From: a bacterium
Lineage (GTDB): Bacteria; Bacillota_I; Bacilli_A; RFN20; CAG-449
NCBI GenBank assembly: GCA_963623095.1
Contig: CAVFKD010000001.1
Coordinates: forward strand, 19,204-83,203
Reading direction: 5' to 3'
Length of the DNA stretch: 64,000 nt
A model generated the notes under the pieces. The model saw nothing but the letters and a program-made list of their open reading frames with translations. It did not search any database and was not told the origin of the DNA. Numbering within the stretch: the first letter of the stretch is position 1; the number at the start of each line of letters is the position of its first letter. This document shows, in pieces, positions 49,427 to 56,829 of this stretch. Both the position numbers and the translations under genes were made by a program.

Positions 49427-49460
49427 TGATAGACAGCCTATCAATTTGATATTCTATCTA
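49427..49460. promoter_or_regulatory. Tandem palindromic operator candidates (TGATAG-acagc-CTATCA and TTGATAttctATCtA) upstream of TetR gene
   Basis: Perfect 6-bp inverted repeat with 5-bp spacer. An imperfect second copy lies directly 5' of the TetR RBS. Confidence 0.45.
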
Positions 49461-49578
49461 TTAAAAGTTTAACACATCGTTATTTTTAATCAATGTTAAC
49501 GCTTACATTTTAATTTTAAATAAAAAAAGAACTTAGATTTTTATTTCTAAGTCCTTTATATAATCGATTTTATAGTAA

Positions 49579-50895
49579 TTATTTACCAGATACTGCTAAA
49601 GATTTAACAATAACTGGAACGCTATAACCTGTGAAAGTAAGTTTGCTATCTTTACCTACTTCAACAATGTCATTGAATAATTTAAATAAGTTACCTGCGA
49701 CAGTAATTAAGCAAACTGGAGTTGAACGTTTACCATTTTCAATTAAATATCCTTTTGCTTGTAAGGAGAAATTACCGCTTGAAGCATTCATACCAGCATG
49801 TAATCCTTCAACTTCAGTAATATAAATACCATTACCGACTTTTTCAAATAATTGATCTAGAGTCTTATTACCTGGTTTAATGAATATACCTACTTCACTT
49901 ACTCCAACTTTACCTCCGCCTCTATATCCATTGCCGGTGCTTTCAACACCATCTTTTTTCGCAGTTGCTAAATTGTATAAATAAGTATTTAATACGCCTT
50001 TATCAATGATTTTCTTGTTGTAAGTTGCAACACCTTCATCATCAAAATAACGGTAGAATACACCCTTATCTAAAGGTCTTTCTTCAATTGTTAATTTGCT
50101 AGAAGCTACTTTTTGATGTAATTTATCTTTTAATAAAGAAGTATTCTTTTGAACTTCTTCACTTGAACAGCTACGAAGGAAGAATGAAGTTAAATTCATC
50201 ATAACTCCCGCGGATAAAACTGTCTTATATTTCTTTGAATCACAAGGTGCACCACCTAATTGATCTAATGCATCAGAAGTTACATCATCAACATATTTAT
50301 CAACATCAAATCCATGGATATCTTGTCCAACAATGAAATCTCCACCAGTTTTTGTTTCATCTCCAACAGAAGCAATAACAGTTGCATAGATTAAGAAATA
50401 ATTAGAATGAGACTTTAAATCTAAACCATAAGAATTTTTTAAAACAGATTCATTATCTATTTCTTGATAAGATAATTCAACATCGACAATACGATTATCT
50501 TTTGCTTTAATTTTTGCTTCAATTTCTTTTAATAAAGCAATTTTATCTTCAACTGGTGTATCTTTTAATACTTTAGAATAGACATTCTTTTTAGTGTATT
50601 TTTCACTTCCTTGGAAGATAATACATTCTTCTTTAGATTCATTAATTGATGCATTTTCTTTTAATTGATTAATAACGCTATCAACATTCTTTTTATCAAA
50701 GTTTTCGGAATTGACATATCCTACTTTAGAACCTAATTTACCTCTTGCTTGTAAAGCTTTAGTTGTAGATGATGAGAAAGATTCAATTTCACCTCTAAAT
50801 ATAGCAATATTTAATTTAGAATCAGTATTAACTAAAATTTCTAATTCGTTAATACCTTGATCTTTTGCTTTTTCAAAATAAACATCGTATTTCAT
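49579..50895 (-). CDS. pmbA: Metalloprotease PmbA/TldE
   Basis: TldD/PmbA fold, paired with tldD. Start at the internal Met (MKYDVYF...) after GAGGGGAG RBS. Confidence 0.8.
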   Translation of the reverse strand: MKYDVYFEKAKDQGINELEILVNTDSKLNIAIFRGEIESFSSSTTKALQARGKLGSKVGYVNSENFDKKNVDSVINQLKENASINESKEECIIFQGSEKYTKKNVYSKVLKDTPVEDKIALLKEIEAKIKAKDNRIVDVELSYQEIDNESVLKNSYGLDLKSHSNYFLIYATVIASVGDETKTGGDFIVGQDIHGFDVDKYVDDVTSDALDQLGGAPCDSKKYKTVLSAGVMMNLTSFFLRSCSSEEVQKNTSLLKDKLHQKVASSKLTIEERPLDKGVFYRYFDDEGVATYNKKIIDKGVLNTYLYNLATAKKDGVESTGNGYRGGGKVGVSEVGIFIKPGNKTLDQLFEKVGNGIYITEVEGLHAGMNASSGNFSLQAKGYLIENGKRSTPVCLITVAGNLFKLFNDIVEVGKDSKLTFTGYSVPVIVKSLAVSGK

Positions 50896-50896
50896 A

Positions 50897-52294
50897 TTAG
50901 TTAATCTTCTCCCCTCTACCACCGACAGTGATTTCTGAAACTCTAATAGTTGGTTGACCTACATCAGTAGGAATGGATCCAGAAGCTGCCCCACACATAC
51001 CTTCTGCGCGTAATAAGTCATTACCGACCATATCAATTTTTAATAATATTTCTTTACCTTGTCCAATTAATGTTGCGCCTTTAACTGGATAAGCAATCTT
51101 TCCATCTTCAATAATATATGCTTCATTAACTGCGAAATTGAATTCACCAGTTGCAGGGTTGACGCTACCTCCACCCATTGATTTTGCATATAGTCCAAAT
51201 TTAGTAGCTTTAATAATTTCTTCTGGAGTTGATTTACCAGGAAGAATAAAGGTATTTGACATTCTAGATGTTGGTTCGAATTTATAAGATTGTCTTCTAG
51301 AAGCACCATTTTCATGTGTATCCATTCTTCTTCCGTTAAATGGATCAACTAAATATGAAGTTAAAATACCATCTTTAATTAAGACATTACGATGTGTCTT
51401 ATGTCCTTCATCATCAACATTTTCTGATCCCCAACCTCCAGGAATAGTTCCATCATCAACCGCGGAAACAATCTTAGAAGCAATTTGAGTACCTAGTTTA
51501 CCAGACATAACTGAAAGGTTTTTACTAACCGCGCTAGCTTCAAGAGAATGGCCACATGCTTCATGGAAGATAACTCCTCCAAAGCCATTACCAATAATAA
51601 CTGGCATTTTACCACTTGGGCATTCTTTTGCGTCTAATAATTGAACTGCTACTCTTGCAGCGTCTTTCGCTGATTCTTCAATATTTACTTCATCATTAAA
51701 GAATTCAAATCCTTTAGAAGCACCAGGTCCTACTCCACTTGATTCAATTGCTTCACCATTTGAAGCAACACAAGTAATATAAACTCTACCTCTAATTCTA
51801 TTATCTTTAATAAATTTACCTTCTGAATTAAAGATATAAACCTTTTGATTTGTTGAAGAAAAACTTTCCATTACTCTAACGATTTTAGAATCGTATTCCT
51901 TCGCAGCTTTATATCCTTTCATTAAATAAGCAATCTTGTCTTCTTTTGAAACAGTTTCATAAGGGATTTTAGGTCCATGTTTATGACCTACTTTTACTGA
52001 AGTAATATCGTTAACTTCCTTTTGTCTTGTTCCAGAAAATGATTTAGATAAAGAAGTAGCTAAATCAAGTAATGATTTTTTGCTTAAATCATTGCTATAA
52101 CCATATACGCTTTGTAATCCTTTTAAAATTCTTATACCCGCGCCATAAGTATAAGTAGTAGTTGCTTGTTCACAAACTCCATTATCGAGTGATATGCCTT
52201 CTACAATAGTATCTTCTAAGAAGATTTCAGCAAAATCACCGCCGGTTTCTAAACATGCATTTAAAACATCTTTCGCTAAAGTTTTAGATATCAT
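50897..52294 (-). CDS. tldD: Metalloprotease TldD
   Basis: HExxxH zinc motif HEACGHSLEA. Start at MISKTL after AGGTGA. Confidence 0.9.
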   Translation of the reverse strand: MISKTLAKDVLNACLETGGDFAEIFLEDTIVEGISLDNGVCEQATTTYTYGAGIRILKGLQSVYGYSNDLSKKSLLDLATSLSKSFSGTRQKEVNDITSVKVGHKHGPKIPYETVSKEDKIAYLMKGYKAAKEYDSKIVRVMESFSSTNQKVYIFNSEGKFIKDNRIRGRVYITCVASNGEAIESSGVGPGASKGFEFFNDEVNIEESAKDAARVAVQLLDAKECPSGKMPVIIGNGFGGVIFHEACGHSLEASAVSKNLSVMSGKLGTQIASKIVSAVDDGTIPGGWGSENVDDEGHKTHRNVLIKDGILTSYLVDPFNGRRMDTHENGASRRQSYKFEPTSRMSNTFILPGKSTPEEIIKATKFGLYAKSMGGGSVNPATGEFNFAVNEAYIIEDGKIAYPVKGATLIGQGKEILLKIDMVGNDLLRAEGMCGAASGSIPTDVGQPTIRVSEITVGGRGEKIN

Positions 52295-52437
52295 ATGTTC
52301 ACCTAGTATCATAAAAATTCTTTATTATAATTATTTTTATGATATTCCTTTCTTTAACAAAGAATTATACTATATAAAAATAAAACAAGTTAGTGAAAAT
52401 TAACTATTTTATTAAATATTTGCTACTTAAATATTTC

Positions 52438-52454
52438 TTTAAGTTTAATTTATG
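52438..52454 (+). promoter_or_regulatory. Direct repeat TTTAAG-N5-TTTATG, 17 bp upstream of a TATAAG -10, in the response-regulator promoter
   Basis: Same half-site, spacing and distance to -10 as the boxes preceding sRNA units 1 and 2. Confidence 0.45.
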
Positions 52455-52506
52455 TTATTTTTTGTTTAATATATAAGTAATTATTAATGAAAGACGAGGT
52501 GAAATT

Positions 52507-53187
52507 ATGCGTATATTACTCGCTGAAGATGAAAAATCACTTTCTAATGCTCTAGTTACTATTTTAAAACATAACAATTATTCTGTGGACGCTGTTTATA
52601 ATGGAGAAGATGCATTAGATTATGTTTTAAGTGATAACATTTACGATTTAATTATTTTAGATATCATGATGCCTAAATTAGATGGTATTTCAGTATTAAA
52701 AGAAATTAGAAAACGTAAAATATCAACACCAATTATTATGTTAACCGCGAAATCTGATATTCAAGATAAAATACTTGGTCTAGATGGAGGCGCAGATGAT
52801 TATTTAACTAAACCATTTAATGTTGAAGAATTACTCGCTCGTATTAGATCAGTTACAAGAAGAAAAGGGGAAATCAATAATAACAATTTAAGTTATGATG
52901 ATTTAATTCTCAATCGTTCTACTTTTGAATTAGAATGCAACGGTAATAAAGTTTTATTAACAAATAAAGAATATCAAATTATTGAACTTTTAATGTTACA
53001 TAAAGATCAAATGGTTCAAATGGATCGAATCATGGATAAAATATGGGGTTTTGATTCAAACGCAGATACTAATGTCATATGGACTTATATCTCTTATTTA
53101 AGAAAAAAACTTTCTTCTATTGGTTCAAGAGTTGGAATTAAAGCCAATAGAAACATTGGTTATTCATTGGAGGTAAAAAATGATTAA
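52507..53187 (+). CDS. OmpR-family response regulator (CiaR-like)
   Basis: Receiver D-box ILDIMMP, T/K residues, winged-helix C-terminus (WGFDS...YLRKKL). RBS GAGGTGA. Confidence 0.9.
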   Translation: MRILLAEDEKSLSNALVTILKHNNYSVDAVYNGEDALDYVLSDNIYDLIILDIMMPKLDGISVLKEIRKRKISTPIIMLTAKSDIQDKILGLDGGADDYLTKPFNVEELLARIRSVTRRKGEINNNNLSYDDLILNRSTFELECNGNKVLLTNKEYQIIELLMLHKDQMVQMDRIMDKIWGFDSNADTNVIWTYISYLRKKLSSIGSRVGIKANRNIGYSLEVKND

Positions 53188-54403
53188 GTCTTTAAAAAGA
53201 AAATTCATTTTTATCTCGATGTTATCAATGAGTTTAGTTATTATTATCATTGTCTTTGTTTTAAATATTTCTAATTATTATTCAATCTCAAGAGAATCAG
53301 ATAAAACATTAGATATGTTAATTTATACCAATTGTACATTCCCTAATGAAGAAGAATCTTCTTCTCCTGATCCTGATGAATTCTATAATGATGTCCCTTT
53401 TGAAACAAGATTCTTCTATGTTAAATTTGACCAAGATGACAATGTTATTAAAGTTGATTTAACAAGAACTAGTTATATCAAAGAAAACACTGCAATTGAA
53501 TATGCAAAAGAAGTAAAAGATTATACTTCCAATCGAGGATATTATTCTATTTATCGTTATGCAATCCATGAATACGACAATAATCATACAATGGTACTTT
53601 TTCTTGATTGTCAAAGATTATTATCAGGTTCAAGAACATTACTTATATCTAGTATTATCTACTCTGTAGTTGGACTTATAAGCGTATTTATCTTAATTGT
53701 TTTATTCTCCACTATTGTATTTAAACCTGTTCAAGATTCTTATACAAAGCAAAAACAATTTATCACTAACGCAAACCACGAATTAAAAACACCTTTAACA
53801 ATTATTTCAACAACAACTGATGTTATTGAAATGACATCTGGTAAAAGCGAATGGACACAAGATATTAAACATCAAGTTAGTAAATTAACTGATTTGACCA
53901 ATGAGCTTGTCTTCTTATCAAGAATGGATGAAGAAGGATCTAGTATAAAACGCTTAGATTTCTCTATAAGCGAAGTTTTATTAGATACTATAAAAGAATA
54001 TGAAGTTTCTTTAAAAAAGCGTAATATCGAAGTAAAAGCCTCAATTAATGGCAATGTCACTTATAATGGTGATATGGCTAAAATCAAATCACTATTTGAA
54101 ATATTATTAGATAATATTAATAAATATGCGATTGATAATTCTATTGTAGAAGTATCATTAATAGACAATGATAAAAACAAATTGTATATATCATTCACTA
54201 ATCAAACTGAATCTGTTCCTCAAGGTAATTTAAATGTATTATTTGAAAGATTCTATCGTTTAGATTCAAGTAGAAACTCCTCTTTAGGTGGCCATGGTAT
54301 TGGTTTGAGTATCGCTCAAGCTATTGTCACATTACACAAAGGAACAATCACTTGTAATTCCAAAGATGGAAAAGAAATAAAATTTGAAATAAATTTAAAA
54401 TAA
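53180..54403 (+). CDS. Sensor histidine kinase, 2 TM with ~125-aa extracytoplasmic loop, no HAMP (CiaH-like architecture)
   Basis: H-box HELKTPLT, N/G boxes (LLDNINKYA, GGHGIGLSIA). Overlaps RR stop. Confidence 0.9.
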   Translation: MIKSLKRKFIFISMLSMSLVIIIIVFVLNISNYYSISRESDKTLDMLIYTNCTFPNEEESSSPDPDEFYNDVPFETRFFYVKFDQDDNVIKVDLTRTSYIKENTAIEYAKEVKDYTSNRGYYSIYRYAIHEYDNNHTMVLFLDCQRLLSGSRTLLISSIIYSVVGLISVFILIVLFSTIVFKPVQDSYTKQKQFITNANHELKTPLTIISTTTDVIEMTSGKSEWTQDIKHQVSKLTDLTNELVFLSRMDEEGSSIKRLDFSISEVLLDTIKEYEVSLKKRNIEVKASINGNVTYNGDMAKIKSLFEILLDNINKYAIDNSIVEVSLIDNDKNKLYISFTNQTESVPQGNLNVLFERFYRLDSSRNSSLGGHGIGLSIAQAIVTLHKGTITCNSKDGKEIKFEINLK

Positions 54404-54411
54404 TTTAATAT

Positions 54412-54449
54412 TTTAAGTTACGCTTAAGTTTAATTAAATAATATATACT
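54412..54449 (+). promoter_or_regulatory. Promoter of sRNA unit 1: TTTAAG-ttacg-CTTAAG direct repeat, 15 bp, TATACT -10
   Basis: Read directly. Begins 8 nt after the HK stop codon. Confidence 0.5.
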
Positions 54450-54454
54450 CGTAA

Positions 54455-54575
54455 AAGATGTGATATCTTTTAGAACTTAATATATCTCAAAATAACCTTT
54501 ATGCATGCTTTCATAAGTTCTAAACAATCCCTTAGGTATTACATCTTCACACCCCATCGAAAGATGGGTTTTTAT
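54455..54575 (+). ncRNA. Candidate small RNA, tandem copy 1 (~118 nt): 5'/3' closing helix, internal stem-loop with 33-nt conserved loop, conserved ACAAUCCCUUAGG, intrinsic terminator CCCATC-gaaa-GATGGG+T5
   Basis: No ORF or RBS. Helices AAGAUGU/ACAUCUU and AGAACUUA/UAAGUUCU. Own promoter and terminator. Confidence 0.6.
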
Positions 54576-54607
54576 TTTCAAAAAATATTTTTAAAATTAT
54601 TTTTTTC

Positions 54608-54646
54608 TTTAAGTTTTATTTAAGTAAAACCATTTATAGTTATAAT
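54608..54646 (+). promoter_or_regulatory. Promoter of sRNA unit 2: perfect TTTAAG-tttta-TTTAAG direct repeat, 16 bp, TATAAT -10
   Basis: Read directly. Confidence 0.55.
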
Positions 54647-54651
54647 CGTAA

Positions 54652-54770
54652 AAGATGTGATATCTTTCAAACCTCAATATATCTCAAAATAACCTTTATG
54701 CATGCTTTCATGAGGTTTGAACAATCCCTTAGGTATTACATCTTCTCGCCCATCTCTGATGGGTTTTTTC
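54652..54770 (+). ncRNA. Candidate small RNA, tandem copy 2 (~118 nt). Internal stem is AAACCUCA/UGAGGUUU (fully compensatory relative to copy 1). Terminator is CCCATC-tctg-GATGGG+T6
   Basis: Core identical to copy 1 except both strands of the internal helix changed coordinately. Confidence 0.6.
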
Positions 54771-54831
54771 TTGTTTTTATTTAATTTTTCTACCATATTA
54801 TTCTTAAATATATTATTATAACTAGGCAATA

Positions 54832-54940
54832 GAGATTTCTTTTAGAACTCGATATATCTCAAAATAACCTTTATGCATGCTTAAAGAGTTCTACAATCCC
54901 TTATTGAAATCCTATTGTGCCACCTTCGGGTGGCTTTTTT
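54832..54940 (+). ncRNA. Candidate small RNA, tandem copy 3 (divergent 5' end): closing helix GAUUUC/GAAAUC, internal helix AGAACUC/GAGUUCU, terminator GCCACC-ttcg-GGTGGC+T6
   Basis: Conserved loop (AUAUAUCUCAAAAUAACCUUUAUGCAUGCUU) and ACAAUCCCUUA retained. Both helices altered by compensatory changes. Preceded by a TATAAC -10 but no clear direct repeat. Confidence 0.5.
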
Positions 54941-54973
54941 CATTTAAAAAGGTTCGACTTTCATCGAACCTTA
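54941..54973 (-). terminator. Intrinsic terminator after secreted-protein gene (AAGGTTCGA-ctttca-TCGAACCTT + U-tract on minus)
   Basis: 9-bp perfect stem. TTTTTAAAT follows on minus strand. Confidence 0.7.
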
Positions 54974-54977
54974 GTTT

Positions 54978-56613
54978 TTACCAACAATCATGAACTACAT
55001 AGCTATTATCGACTACTAAAGGATTACCATAATCTTTATAGAATAGATTTCTACTGATAATATTAGTTAATCTATCATAGCATTCCCATTCATAATCACC
55101 ATTTAAATGGATTTGATCCGCTTTTAAGAAGCAAAGATAATAATCAAAGTTCTTATATTGTAAATCGTAATGATCAACTCCTCCATACCATGTATGGTAG
55201 CAATCTACTTTATAAATAGGAGTTCTTGTATAATCACCATTTTGATTATAATAAGTTGCAGTTACTTCTGTATCGTGGTTAAGATATCCCATACCATCCG
55301 CGTATAAGTTACCATTGAATAAACCTGCCGCATTATCGAATAATTCTTGATCTACTGCATAGAATCCAGCTTCTTTTAAATATTTGTTGATTGTATAATC
55401 TTCATCTCCATATGTTGTAATATAATCTTTATAGTCATTCGCGACATATTTAAGAATATTTTGTTCTGGATGATATGCCATACCATAATCTTTATAATCA
55501 CCATTGTATTTTAACGCCGCTCTTAATAAGCCTTGTCTACTATCATCACCAACTCTATCATTAGGATTATATGTTAAAGTTGCCATTCTTGTAGAATATT
55601 GAGTATTAGTTGGAAGATAAGTTGTAATATGATCTTCTTGCATTAATTTTTCTTGTTCATCTAATACTATAAGTTCTTCTTGGAATTTTTTACCAACTGC
55701 ATTGACATATTCAGCCATTGTTTTTAATTGTTGATCATATGTTCCTCTTGCTGCAGGTTTTTCAATATAACGATAATGCATATCGAATTGAGCAAGATTT
55801 ACAGTCGCTAATAACATATTTGTACAATAAGCAATGTAATCTCTTCTATTTTTAATCTTTTGACCTGTCCATTTATCATTTAGACCAATAGTATAATCAT
55901 AATAATAGAAGATATCTTTACTCTTATCTGCTTGGTTAGGATGTAAGATTGTATCCGCAAGTTGAGTTGCATATGTAACTAAAGTTGTTTCAATACCTAA
56001 TCCATTAGCGTTATTTGCTAAAGTATAATCTTTACAAATAGCTTCATATACTGCATATCTTCTTGCTTCTACTTCTTCTTCAGGAATAGTTTCATCAAGT
56101 TCTAACATTGCAAGATCCCATAAGCTTCCGTTTACTTTATCTTTAATATTAAATTGAACATTACTGAACATTTTATAAAGATTTTCATTTAATACTTCTT
56201 CTGCATGATAGATATCTTGTTTCTTTTCAATAATACTTAATTTTTCTTTAATTTCACTTAAAGCATTTTCAATTCTTTCTAGATACTTAATACTTGCATC
56301 TCTAATATCAATACCAAAGCTCTTTAATAAGTTAATAACTAATGTTTTTTCATAGCCTGTAACAATACCATCGACTAATTTACTTCCATCAGTAACTAAT
56401 TTATTAATAATATATTTAGTTGCATCTTCAATTTCACCATCATTAACTTTATTTGTGTTATTTAATAAAGATACTTCGTTAGTTTCTTTTAATGTAACTT
56501 CTTCTGCTTTTACTTGAGTAGCTACATTATTCATCTTATTAGCGTTCATACTAACTCCAACAGTAGCAAGTATCGCTAATAAACCAGTTGTTAATATTTT
56601 TGTCTTTACCATA
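54978..56613 (-). CDS. Hypothetical secreted protein (545 aa): signal peptide, helical/coiled-coil N-half, Tyr/Asp/Asn-rich C-terminal domain
   Basis: Start re-assigned to MVKTKIL... (AAGGAGG 9 nt upstream). Signal peptide LLAILATVGVSMNA. The minus-strand promoter TTGACA-N17-TATTAT is upstream at ~56650-56690. Confidence 0.5.
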
Positions 56614-56769
56614 TTAGTAGCCTCCTTAAGAGTAACATTTATTTGTCTTTTGTAACTCTTACACTCATATAATAACACTTTCACATCCATTGTCAACACT
56701 TTTTAGAAACATTTTTATTATTTTTGTAACTTTTTAAAAAATTCATTATACAAATAAAGACAAAATGCA

Positions 56770-56804
56770 ACAAAAAACCAAGTATCTATCATTAGACACC
56801 TGGT
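56770..56804 (-). terminator. Intrinsic terminator after nifJ (CCAGGUGUCUA-auga-UAGAUACUUGG with two G-U, + U6)
   Basis: 11-bp stem on minus-strand RNA followed by TTTTTTGTT. Confidence 0.65.
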
Positions 56805-56829
56805 TTTATTAGTTTACAAATTTAAATTA

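Noticed and set aside
54541-54575. Possible antiterminator pairing (ACAUCUU with AAGAUGG of terminator 3' arm) making unit 1 a riboswitch-like switch
   Set aside because: The pairing is not maintained in unit 2 or unit 3, whose terminators differ, so it is probably coincidental reuse of the GAUG theme.
54501-54650. Short ORF (MHAFISSKQSLRYYIF..., ~49 aa) beginning at the AUGCAUGC inside sRNA unit 1, and a 28-aa counterpart in unit 2
   Set aside because: No Shine-Dalgarno upstream. The compensatory stem changes between copies would alter the encoded residues non-conservatively (ISSK vs MRFE). The frame runs through the terminator. The evidence favours RNA structure over coding.
54404-54976. 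CRISPR array or riboswitch/T-box leader interpretation of the tandem repeats
   Set aside because: Repeats are ~115 nt with individual promoters and terminators, not 25-40-nt direct repeats with unique spacers. No ORF follows on the plus strand, so a cis-acting leader has nothing to regulate.
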